64,000 nt of DNA, taken from positions 96,001 through 160,000 of the forward strand of contig JAXDQS010000001.1 in NCBI GenBank assembly GCA_034667725.1, given 5' to 3'. This document shows, piece by piece, positions 43,195-51,386 of the stretch (its first letter is position 1; each line of letters starts with the position of its first letter). Below the pieces are notes generated by a model. It had not been told where the DNA came from and ran no database searches. It worked only from the letters and a program-made list of their open reading frames with translations. This stretch comes from Thermoplasmata archaeon (GTDB lineage Archaea > Thermoplasmatota > E2 > JACPAO01 > JAHFTW01). Position numbers and translations under genes: made by a program.

Positions 43195-45347
43195 GGGCAC
43201 CCCGCCGTCGGGGTGGCTTGGGGCCAGATGTATCCGGCGGAGTAGTCGACGGCGCCGGTGGTGCTGGTGGCGCGGAAGTCCACCTTGGAGCCGCTGGGGA
43301 CGTTGAAGCTCTTGGCGTAGGAGCCCCAGCTTTGCAGCGTCAAGGTTTGCCAAGCGGTGCCGCAGTTGACGCGGGCCTCGACCTTGGCGATGGCCTGGTT
43401 GGCCGTCACCTTGGCCTCGACCCACCAGTCGTTGCCCTTGACGCTCGAGAACGTCGCATCAAAGCCCGGAGGCGGCGGGGGCGGCGGGGGCGGGGGCGGC
43501 GTGCTGCCGCACGCGACCTTGGTTGCGTCGGTGTTGCTGGGAGGAATCCACTGGTAGCAGTCGCTCAGGTCGGTGGCGCCCGTGGTGCTGGTGGCCCGGA
43601 ACTGCACGACGGTGCCCTGCACCGCATGGTACGAGGCCGCCCAGCCGCCCCATGACTGCTTTGTGAGGGGTTGCCAGGCGCCGCCGTTGAGGCGCACATC
43701 CACCTTGGAGAGCGTGCCGCCAGCGGCCGCAACATTCGCCTGGATCCACCACTCGTTGCCACGCACACCCGTGAACGTGGCGTCGAAGCTGGTGCTGGCG
43801 CGCGGCACCCCGACCTGGTACACCTCGGTGTGCCCCTCGTCGTACGGGATGCCCGTGCTGTAGCTGATGCTCAGGTAAGCCTCGCGCCGGCCGTCGCCAT
43901 CGCCGTCGCCGACCACGGTCAAGGCCGCGTTGCCGTTCTCGCCGCTGCCATCGGTGGGCCGGGCGACCTCGGTGACCTGCCAGAACGCGCCGTCCCAGCG
44001 GACCTGGATCAGTTGGCCATACCACGTGGTCACGTAGAGCTCGTCGCTGCCGTCGCCGTCGCCGTCCCCGAGGAACAGGCCCGAGGGCGCGATGGCGGGG
44101 GCGGAGCCCGAGGGAAGCGAGGAGTAAGGCGTCTGGATGTTCCAGCCGGTGGCCGGGCTGAACGAGGCGCGCCGGAACTCGCCTTGGTCGGTGATGCTGT
44201 AGATCTCGGGCTTGCCGTCGCGGTCGCCGTCGCCCGCCACCACGTGCTTCTCGCCGTAGTTGGAGCCGCCCTGGTCGATGGTGGTGAACTCCCAGCCGCT
44301 GCTGGTGTGGCGCAGCCGGCTTGCCTTGGCGGCGTGGGCCGTGCCGTGCCCGATGTAGAGCTCGAAGCTGCCGTCGCGGTCGCCGTCGCCGATCCACAGC
44401 GACTCCAGGTGGCCCTGCTGCAGCAGGATGAGCTGCGACTCCACGAGCCCGCCGGCGGCGTCGAGCCGGACCTTGTGCACGGCCGAGGAGGTGCCGTCGG
44501 CCATGCCGACGTAGAGCTCGGGGCCGGGGATGCCGTCGATGTCGCCGATCGTCATGTCGTCCGGGAACGGCTCGGCGAAGCTCGTGACCAGCGTCTCCAC
44601 CCAGGCGCCACCGACGAAGTCGTAGCGCACCAGGTCGGAGTTGCTCATGGCGTAGATCTCGGAGCGGCCGTCGCCGTTGCCGTCGCCCACCGCCACCGCG
44701 TAGGTGGCCGAGCGGGAGCCAATCTGCTGGCGAACCCAGGCGGTGCCGGTCCACTCGAAGTTGAAGATGCCGTTGCGGGTGGCCTGCGTCACGTCGCGCC
44801 GGCCGTCGTTGTCGGCGTCGCCCACCGCCATGTCGCCGCTGCCGGACGAGACGCCGGCGTTGCCCATCAGGCGGACCTGCCAATCCTGGGGCGGCAACGG
44901 GCTGCCGCACTCCTCGACGCCGACGGGGTGCGTGAACGGGCACGACTCGACGAAGCCCACTTGGCCCGTCGCGCCGTCGGTCATGTAGGCGCGGAAGATG
45001 ACGCGGTCGCCGGGCGGGATGCGGAACGCCTGGTTCGGCGCCCACTTCGTCCAGCCGTTGCTGGTGCCGACCGCGTGCATGGTGTTGGTGGTCGTGCCGT
45101 GCTCGGCCCGCGCCTCCACGACGTTGACGGAGTCGCCTGCGGCGGGCTTGGTCAGGACCTCGACCCACCATTCGTTGTCGCCGTCGTGGTCGAACTGCAC
45201 CCCGATGGAGCCGCTGCCGGCGGAGCCGGTCTGGACGTGGTTGGAAAGGACAGGGGACGGAACGAGAAGGAGCGCTGCGAACGCGACGGCGGCGAGCCAC
45301 CAACGTTTCGGTCGGGGAGGGTCGGAGGGAACCTGCGGGCCAATCAT
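43191..45347 (-). CDS. Secreted protein: NEWW module + 7-bladed FG-GAP/VCBS propeller + two GNEWW modules
   Basis: GDADNDG, GDGNGDG, GDIDG, GDGDRDG x2, GDGDGDG x2; C-terminal modules nearly identical in places to those of the 41107 gene. Confidence 0.8.
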   Translation of the reverse strand: MIGPQVPSDPPRPKRWWLAAVAFAALLLVPSPVLSNHVQTGSAGSGSIGVQFDHDGDNEWWVEVLTKPAAGDSVNVVEARAEHGTTTNTMHAVGTSNGWTKWAPNQAFRIPPGDRVIFRAYMTDGATGQVGFVESCPFTHPVGVEECGSPLPPQDWQVRLMGNAGVSSGSGDMAVGDADNDGRRDVTQATRNGIFNFEWTGTAWVRQQIGSRSATYAVAVGDGNGDGRSEIYAMSNSDLVRYDFVGGAWVETLVTSFAEPFPDDMTIGDIDGIPGPELYVGMADGTSSAVHKVRLDAAGGLVESQLILLQQGHLESLWIGDGDRDGSFELYIGHGTAHAAKASRLRHTSSGWEFTTIDQGGSNYGEKHVVAGDGDRDGKPEIYSITDQGEFRRASFSPATGWNIQTPYSSLPSGSAPAIAPSGLFLGDGDGDGSDELYVTTWYGQLIQVRWDGAFWQVTEVARPTDGSGENGNAALTVVGDGDGDGRREAYLSISYSTGIPYDEGHTEVYQVGVPRASTSFDATFTGVRGNEWWIQANVAAAGGTLSKVDVRLNGGAWQPLTKQSWGGWAASYHAVQGTVVQFRATSTTGATDLSDCYQWIPPSNTDATKVACGSTPPPPPPPPPPPGFDATFSSVKGNDWWVEAKVTANQAIAKVEARVNCGTAWQTLTLQSWGSYAKSFNVPSGSKVDFRATSTTGAVDYSAGYIWPQATPTAGCP

Positions 45348-45393
45348 GCTTGAGGTTCTCGCTCCCGACCAAGTTAAGCCTGAGCGTCGGTGG

Positions 45394-45549
45394 TCAGAAG
45401 CCCGCGACGAACGCCGGGCACGCGCAACCCTTCACTTTGCACGGCCCCTCGCCCCAGCGGCCGCGCCGCCCGGGGCCCACGAAATGGCCTTCCCGTCCGT
45501 TGCCCATCTTCGGGTGCCTGCACTCGGGCCGTCGGCACAGGTCGGACAT
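45394..45549 (-). CDS. 51-aa Cys/His-rich zinc-binding microprotein (not in ORF track)
   Basis: MSDLCRRPECRHPKMGNGREGHFVGPGRRGRWGEGPCKVKGCACPAFVAGF: C-x4-C-x-H...H...C-x4-C-x-C-x2-F. Confidence 0.55.
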   Translation of the reverse strand: MSDLCRRPECRHPKMGNGREGHFVGPGRRGRWGEGPCKVKGCACPAFVAGF

Positions 45550-45744
45550 GGCCCCAACATAAGGTCGAGCGGGCCTAAGAGTTGCCCGAGCGTTCCTGCG
45601 TTGGCGAAACGTCGGGGCGGATTTCGCGCACGAGGATAGAAATCACCGCGGCTTTCGGCGCGGGTCCCCCAGGCAGGCTGTTGAAGCGAAGGGTTCCCGT
45701 TCCCGTCCCGCCATCCTCATCAACGCGCCGCCGGTCCCGTGCGC

Positions 45745-46194
45745 ATGCCGGCCAAAGCGAAACCCATGCCGCGAAAGAAGGCCGCGGCCCCATCCTCCAG
45801 CACGGGGGCCGCCAAGCGCATCGACCAGGAGATCGCCGACCTGGGCGACTGGAGGGGCGAACGGCTGGCCGAGATTCGCAAGCTCATCCACGAGGTGGAC
45901 CCCGACGTGGTCGAGGAGTGGAAGTGGAAGGGCACGCCGGTCTGGTCGAACGAGGGGATGTACGCCCTCGCCAACGCCCACAAGGCGCACGTCAAACTGA
46001 CCTTCTTCCACGGCGCCGAGCTTCCCGACCCCAAGAAGATGTTCAACGCGATGCTCGAAGGGAACAAGTGGCGCGCCATCGACTTTGAGCAAGAGGACAA
46101 GATCGACAAGGCCGCGCTGAAGGCGCTGCTGCGGGCCGCCATCGCCTACAACCAGACGCACTCGGTCCCCAAGAGCAAAGGGTCGCGGGTGTAG
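45745..46194 (+). CDS. DUF1801/YdhG-like protein
   Basis: ID..IA.LGDWRG..L..IR.LI...DPDVVEEWKWKGTPVW, VKLTFFHGA.LPDP..FN..LEGN..RAID. Confidence 0.88.
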   Translation: MPAKAKPMPRKKAAAPSSSTGAAKRIDQEIADLGDWRGERLAEIRKLIHEVDPDVVEEWKWKGTPVWSNEGMYALANAHKAHVKLTFFHGAELPDPKKMFNAMLEGNKWRAIDFEQEDKIDKAALKALLRAAIAYNQTHSVPKSKGSRV

Positions 46195-46205
46195 GAGGGA
46201 GCCTC

Positions 46206-46616
46206 GTGCCCAGCAAGCCCAAGCCGACTCTCCTGAGCGGGGGGAACCCCCAGATCGCCAAGGCCGACGGCGACGCCCCCGTGCAGGCGTACATCGCCGC
46301 CATGCCCGACTGGAAGCGCGACATCGGCCGGCGCCTCGACGCCCTCGTCGTGCGCAACGTGCCCGGCGTGCGCAAGGCCGTGAAATGGAACTCACCGTTC
46401 TACGGCATCGAGGGCCAAGGCTGGTTCCTGTCGTTCCACGTCTACGCCCGCTACGTCAAGGTGACCTTCTTCCAAGGCACCTCGCTGCGGCCGGTCCCCC
46501 CTGGAGGCACGGCCAAGGACGCGCGCTGGATCGACGTCCACGAGGACGACCTCGACGAGGCGCAGATTGCGAAGTGGGTCAAGCAGGCGGCGGCGGTGCC
46601 GGGCTGGATTCCGTAG
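46206..46616 (+). CDS. DUF1801/YdhG-like protein
   Basis: LLSGGNPQIAKADGDAPVQAYIAAMP.WK, KAVKWNSPFYG, YVKVTFF.GTSL.P.PP; GGAGG SD. Confidence 0.9.
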   Translation: MPSKPKPTLLSGGNPQIAKADGDAPVQAYIAAMPDWKRDIGRRLDALVVRNVPGVRKAVKWNSPFYGIEGQGWFLSFHVYARYVKVTFFQGTSLRPVPPGGTAKDARWIDVHEDDLDEAQIAKWVKQAAAVPGWIP

Positions 46617-46829
46617 GGCAGTGTTGGGCTCGACGTACTCGACCTCCCACACCCTCAAATACCACCCCCGTGTCGCGGAACCGTCCAAAGCCGTCTTCCG
46701 CCTAGATGCGGAGGTCGGTCCCGGCGGAGTCGATCAGGCTTCCGCAGGGTACTCGCAGGCCCCCTGGCCCACGCGGTACGCTGCCGGTCGCAGGGTCGGC
46801 CTCACTGGGGAGACATAGGGTGATTCCCC

Positions 46830-48089
46830 ATGGCATCCAACAAGCCCCACATGAACCTCGTCGTGATCGGCCACGTCGACCACGGCAAGTCGACCCTCGT
46901 CGGTCGCCTGATGCTCGACACGGGCCAGTTCCCGGCCCATGAGATTGAACGCTTCAAGAAGGAGTCCGCCGAGAAGGGCAAGGGCTCGTTCTTCCTCGCC
47001 TGGGTCATGGACAACCTGAAGGAGGAGCGCGAACGCGGCGTCACCATCGACGTCTCGCACAAGAAGTTCGACACCCCGAAGTATTACTTCACGATCATCG
47101 ACGCCCCGGGCCACCGCGACTTCGTCAAGAACATGATCACGGGCGCCTCCCAGGCCGACGCGGCCATCCTGACCTGCTCGGCCATCGAGGGCCCCCAGGC
47201 GCAGACCAAGGAGCACATCTTCCTCGCGAAGACCCTCGGCATCGACCAGCTCGTGGTCGCCGTCAACAAGATGGACGCCGTCAGCTTCTCCGAGGACAAG
47301 TTCAAGGAGACCGTCGAGGCCGTCAAGAAGCTCACCAAGCTCATCGGCTTCAAGGAGGAGAAGGTCCAGTTCGTCCCCGTCGCCGCCTTCTCGGGCGTCA
47401 ACACCATCAACCCGTCCCCCGAGATGCCCTGGTACAAGGGCCCGACGCTGGTCGCGGCGCTCGACAACTTCGTCATGCCCAACAAGCCGACGGACAAGCC
47501 CCTGCGCATCCCTATCCAGGACGTCTACACCATCACCGGCATCGGCACCGTCCCGGTCGGCAAGGTCGAGACGGGCATCCTGAAGCCCGGCATGTCGATC
47601 CACTTCAACCCCAGCAACAAGACCGCTGAGGTCAAGTCGGTCGAGATGCACCACGAGCAGCTCCCCCAGGCCATCCCTGGCGACAACGTGGGCTTCAACT
47701 GCCGTGGCCTCGCCAAGAACGACATCCGCCGCGGCGACGTCGGCGCTCCCGTCGACAAGCCCGCCACCGTGGCCAAGACGTTCACCGCGCAGGTCATCGT
47801 CCTGAACCACCCGTCGGTCATCACCGCCGGCTACACCCCCGTCTTCCACGCCTACACCGCGCAGAACGCGTGCACCTTCGTCGAGATCAAGAAGGTCGTC
47901 CGCGGCGGCAAGGAGCAGGAGGACAAGTCGTTCATGAAGACCGGCGACTCTGGCATCGTCAAGATCCAGCCGACCCGCCCCATGGTCGTCGAGAAGGCCA
48001 CCGAGTTCCCCCCGCTCGGCCGCTTCGCCATCCGCGACATGGGCCAGACCGTGGCCGTCGGCGTCGCCATCGACGTGGAGCCCCGCTAG
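46830..48089 (+). CDS. tuf: Translation elongation factor EF-1alpha
   Basis: [51 protein letters not shown]; SD GGGTGA. Confidence 0.99.
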   Translation: MASNKPHMNLVVIGHVDHGKSTLVGRLMLDTGQFPAHEIERFKKESAEKGKGSFFLAWVMDNLKEERERGVTIDVSHKKFDTPKYYFTIIDAPGHRDFVKNMITGASQADAAILTCSAIEGPQAQTKEHIFLAKTLGIDQLVVAVNKMDAVSFSEDKFKETVEAVKKLTKLIGFKEEKVQFVPVAAFSGVNTINPSPEMPWYKGPTLVAALDNFVMPNKPTDKPLRIPIQDVYTITGIGTVPVGKVETGILKPGMSIHFNPSNKTAEVKSVEMHHEQLPQAIPGDNVGFNCRGLAKNDIRRGDVGAPVDKPATVAKTFTAQVIVLNHPSVITAGYTPVFHAYTAQNACTFVEIKKVVRGGKEQEDKSFMKTGDSGIVKIQPTRPMVVEKATEFPPLGRFAIRDMGQTVAVGVAIDVEPR

Positions 48090-48120
48090 GCGGGACTCCC
48101 TCCCATCTGGGAGGCACTAC

Positions 48121-48435
48121 ATGGCCAACGCAAAGGCACGCATCAGCCTCACCGGCACGGACCCGACCAAGGTCGACTCGGTGTGCGCGCAGATCAAGAT
48201 GATCAGCGAGCGCACCGGCGTCAGCATGGCCGGCCCGATCCCGCTGCCGACCAAGAAGCTCAACGTCCCGACCCGCAAGGCGCCCGACGGCGAGGGCTCG
48301 GAGACGTACGACCGGTGGCAGATGCGCGTGCACAAGCGCCTCATCGACCTGGACGCGGACGACCGCGCCCTGCGCCAGCTCATGCGCATCCAGGTCCCTG
48401 ACGGCGTGAACATTGAGATTATGCTCCGCTCGTGA
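48121..48435 (+). CDS. rpsJ: 30S ribosomal protein S10 (uS10)
   Basis: [35 protein letters not shown]. Confidence 0.98.
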   Translation: MANAKARISLTGTDPTKVDSVCAQIKMISERTGVSMAGPIPLPTKKLNVPTRKAPDGEGSETYDRWQMRVHKRLIDLDADDRALRQLMRIQVPDGVNIEIMLRS

Positions 48436-48497
48436 GCCCGCCGGGTTCACAGTCGGGGTCGAGGACGACGCGAGTCGGCCTTGGCCTCCGCTCGTAA
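48424..48497. repeat. Direct duplication of the rps10 3' end (CTCCGCTCGT-GA / CTCCGCTCGT-AA) enclosing a hairpin with a GCGA tetraloop
   Basis: Copies at 48424-48433 and 48486-48495; CGAC-GCGA-GTCG inside a longer stem. Confidence 0.5.
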
Positions 48498-48514
48498 GCG
48501 GCGCCTGGTCCCGC

Positions 48515-48555
48515 CTTTTCCCCTTCCTCTCCCTTTCCCTTCCGGTTTTTTCTCG
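48515..48555 (+). terminator. Polypyrimidine terminator-like tract after tuf-rps10
   Basis: CTTTTCCCCTTCCTCTCCCTTTCCCTTCC..TTTTTTCTC. Confidence 0.55.
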
Positions 48556-48630
48556 CGGATTTCGGCAATCCGGACCCCTTGTTTGCCGCGACTGCGGCCT
48601 GTTATGCTGGCGCCGGGTTTCCCTCTGGCC

Positions 48631-48819
48631 ATGCCTGCCGCACAAACCGTGTCCCAGGATGCCAAGACCAAGGCCCAGATCCAGTTCAAGGGCGAGCCGA
48701 ACGAGGAGAGCATCCGCCTCCGCGCCTACGAGATCTACCTGTCCCGCGGCGGCCAGCCGGGCCGCGCGGCCGAGGACTGGGAGCAGGCGCGCCGCGAGCT
48801 CATGGCCCGCGCCCGCTAG
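48631..48819 (+). CDS. DUF2934 family small protein
   Basis: IRLRAYEIYLSRGGQPGRAAEDWEQARREL matches the IR.RAY....G..G...DW..A..EL pattern. Confidence 0.8.
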   Translation: MPAAQTVSQDAKTKAQIQFKGEPNEESIRLRAYEIYLSRGGQPGRAAEDWEQARRELMARAR

Positions 48820-48857
48820 GCCTTCGCCTTTTACGAAGCAGCGCCGTCGCCGCCCGC

Positions 48858-50345
48858 GTGGCCTGGAACGGACCCCTGCACGACCTCGGACGGGGCGTCC
48901 ACGAGATTCCGGCCGACTACAAGGGCGCCAACGGGAACCTCACGATGCGCGTGCCCGGCCGCATCATCGCCCAGCCGGACCTGCTGGAGCACATCCAGGA
49001 CGACATGGCGCCGGAGCAGGTCGCCAACGTCGCGGCCCTTCCCGGCATCGTCGGCTACTCCTTGGCCATGCCCGACATCCATTGGGGCTACGGCTTCCCG
49101 ATCGGCGGGGTCGCGGCGTTCGACCCGGACGCGGGCGGCGTCGTGTCGCCCGGCGGCGTCGGCTTCGACATCAACTGCGGCGTGCGGCTGCTCCGGACCG
49201 GCCTCACCGAGCGCGACGTGCGCGCCCGCCTTCCCGAGGTCGTCGACGCGCTGTTCGACGCGGTGCCGTGCGGCATGGGCAGCAAGGGCGGCCTGGAGCT
49301 GGGCGAGCGCGAGCTAGAAGGCATCCTGGACGGCGGCGCCCAATGGGCCGTCGAGCGCGGCTGGGCCACGGCGCGCGACCGCGAGCACATGGAGGAGCGC
49401 GGCGTCATCCCGGGCGCCGACTCCTCGAAGGTCCACGAGCGCGCCCGCGTCCGGGGGCGACGGAGCCTCGGGTCGCTGGGCTCGGGCAACCATTTCCTCG
49501 AGCTGCAGGTCGTGGACCAGTTGTGGGACGAGGCCGCGTGCAAGGCCTACGACGTGGGTGTTGGCGACGTGCTGGTGATGATCCACACCGGCAGCCGCGG
49601 CCTCGGCCACCAGATCTGCGAGGACCACGTCAAGGAGCTGCAATCCGTGTCCGCCCGGCACGGCATCGAGCTGCCCGACCGCCAGCTGGCCGCGGCGCCG
49701 TTGGGGACGCCGGAGGCCGACCGCTACCTGGGCGCCATGGCCGCCGCCGCGAACTTCGCCTTCGTCAACCGCAGCGTCCTCACCAGCCACACCCGCAAGA
49801 CGTTGGGCCGGCTGTTCGGCGGCGGCGACATGGGCCCCGACGTCGAGGTGGTCTACGACGTGTGCCACAACATCGCCAAGTTCGAGGAGCACGTCGTCCC
49901 CCACGGCCCCGACAAGGGCAAGCGCAAGCGGCTGTGCGTCCACCGCAAGGGCGCGACGCGGGCATACGGCCCCGGCCACCCCGGCGTCCCGGCCGGCTAC
50001 CGCGACGTCGGCCAGCCCGTCATCGTCCCCGGCGACATGGGCCGCATGAGCTTCCTCCTGGCCGCGAGCCCCGGCGCCTTGGCCACCACCTTCGGGTCGA
50101 GCTGCCACGGCGCCGGCCGCCGCCTGAGCCGGAGTGCCGCCAAGCGGACCTGGGACGGCCCCGAGCTGATTCGCAAGCTGTGGGAAGTGGACGGCATCCG
50201 GGTGCGCGCGGCGACGCCGGACGTGGCCGCCGAGGAGGCGCCGGAGTCCTACAAGGACGTCAGCCGGGTCGTCGATTCGGTCGAGGTGGCGGGGCTGGCC
50301 CGGAAGGCGGCGCGGATGCGGCCCATCGGCGTGGTCAAAGGCTGA
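48858..50345 (+). CDS. rtcB: RNA-splicing ligase RtcB
   Basis: MPDIHWGYGFPIGGV, GFDINCG, GSGNHFLE, HTGSRG, YDVCHN, HRKGAT, PGDMG, SCHGAGR, EEAPESYK. Confidence 0.97.
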   Translation: MAWNGPLHDLGRGVHEIPADYKGANGNLTMRVPGRIIAQPDLLEHIQDDMAPEQVANVAALPGIVGYSLAMPDIHWGYGFPIGGVAAFDPDAGGVVSPGGVGFDINCGVRLLRTGLTERDVRARLPEVVDALFDAVPCGMGSKGGLELGERELEGILDGGAQWAVERGWATARDREHMEERGVIPGADSSKVHERARVRGRRSLGSLGSGNHFLELQVVDQLWDEAACKAYDVGVGDVLVMIHTGSRGLGHQICEDHVKELQSVSARHGIELPDRQLAAAPLGTPEADRYLGAMAAAANFAFVNRSVLTSHTRKTLGRLFGGGDMGPDVEVVYDVCHNIAKFEEHVVPHGPDKGKRKRLCVHRKGATRAYGPGHPGVPAGYRDVGQPVIVPGDMGRMSFLLAASPGALATTFGSSCHGAGRRLSRSAAKRTWDGPELIRKLWEVDGIRVRAATPDVAAEEAPESYKDVSRVVDSVEVAGLARKAARMRPIGVVKG

Positions 50346-50356
50346 CGCCTTGACCA

Positions 50357-50416
50357 ACCACGGATGCCACGGATTGCACGGACCATGGGTTCCGTGGCAT
50401 CCGTGCAATCCGTGGT
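50357..50416. repeat. Palindromic element built of CACGGA units, between convergent genes
   Basis: ACCACGGATGCCACGGATTGCACGGA...TCCGTGGCATCCGTGCAATCCGTGGT. Confidence 0.8.
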
Positions 50417-50419
50417 CCG

Positions 50420-51325
50420 TCAAGCGGAGGCCGGCGCAGCCGCCTTCTGCTTGCGGTTGACGATCCAGGCGAACAGGAACGCCCACGCCACGAAGAACAC
50501 CCAGCCCGCCTGGGCGTGGGCCTCCATCAAGGCGTCGACGCCCCAGTGGTAGCCCACCACCATCAGCATCACCAGCCGCAGCAGGTTCGCGACGTACACG
50601 CCGCCGAGGCCGATCAGCGTGAGGAGCGCCGCGCGAGGGCCGGACGGGCGCTCGACCAGAAGATAGAGGGCCAGCAGGACCGCGAACAGCGCCATCGCCT
50701 GGATGCCGGAGCACGCCGCCCCGACCTCGACCGTGATCGGGCCGGCCGCCGTGGTGTAGCCCAGGATCTGGCCGTCCAGGTGCGGCTGCCAGCCCAGCAC
50801 CGTGAGGATGCCCGTCAAGGGCCAGAGCAGGCCGACCTGGAGGAACGCTTCGACCGGGGTGCTGCCGACCGCCGCCTCGAAGCCCGCCTGCACCGCGTGG
50901 ACCGCGAGCGGCGCGCCGAGGACGGCGGCGAGGCTCACGGCCAGCGTGGACACCGTTGCTTCGGGCCGCCCGCGCAACGGCAGGCGGACGCGCTCTTGGA
51001 GGTGCTGCGCGCACGCGGCGAGCACGAGGCCGGTGCCGACCATGGCGGCCTTGGGCAGGTCGAACGCGGTGCGGGCGAGCGCGACGTAGGCGATGGGGCC
51101 GAGGGCGAGGAGGGCGGCCAGCACCCAGGCGAGCCAGGCCGGCATCGTAGGCAGCCGGGGGACTTGGCGGACGGAGGCGACCAAGGCGGCGCCGAAGGCG
51201 GCCAGGCCGAGGCCGACCAGGAGGTCCTCATGCGGCACGACGCCGAGCAGGATGGCGAGACCCCAGCCCAGCAGGGCGAGGCCGAGGAACCAGGGGCCGG
51301 TGCCGTGGGCGGGAGCGGGGGACAT
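50420..51325 (-). CDS. Archaeosortase/exosortase family transpeptidase
   Basis: Multi-TM; V..ACSG (catalytic Cys), ANLLRL (Arg), H...GW (His). Confidence 0.9.
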   Translation of the reverse strand: MSPAPAHGTGPWFLGLALLGWGLAILLGVVPHEDLLVGLGLAAFGAALVASVRQVPRLPTMPAWLAWVLAALLALGPIAYVALARTAFDLPKAAMVGTGLVLAACAQHLQERVRLPLRGRPEATVSTLAVSLAAVLGAPLAVHAVQAGFEAAVGSTPVEAFLQVGLLWPLTGILTVLGWQPHLDGQILGYTTAAGPITVEVGAACSGIQAMALFAVLLALYLLVERPSGPRAALLTLIGLGGVYVANLLRLVMLMVVGYHWGVDALMEAHAQAGWVFFVAWAFLFAWIVNRKQKAAAPASA

Positions 51326-51343
51326 GGGGGGACCTCAGGGGAC

Positions 51344-51373
51344 GGAAGGAAGGGAAGGAAGGAGGGGAAGAGG
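51344..51373 (-). terminator. Polypyrimidine tract between the sortase target and the archaeosortase
   Basis: Purine-only run on the + strand. Confidence 0.4.
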
Positions 51374-51386
51374 ATCGAGGGCGGGC

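Noticed and set aside
46392-46688. Minus-strand ORF MDGSATRGWYLRVWEVEY...
   Set aside because: Mostly overlaps the DUF1801 gene antisense and covers the probable tuf promoter; no motif
48436-48515. tRNA downstream of rps10, as in many archaea
   Set aside because: No T-loop GTTCRA or cloverleaf; only hairpins and a duplicated gene end
48858-50345. RtcB as part of an RNA-repair defence module
   Set aside because: Archaeal-type tRNA-splicing ligase without neighbouring rtcA, Ro/TROVE or toxin genes; housekeeping role is sufficient
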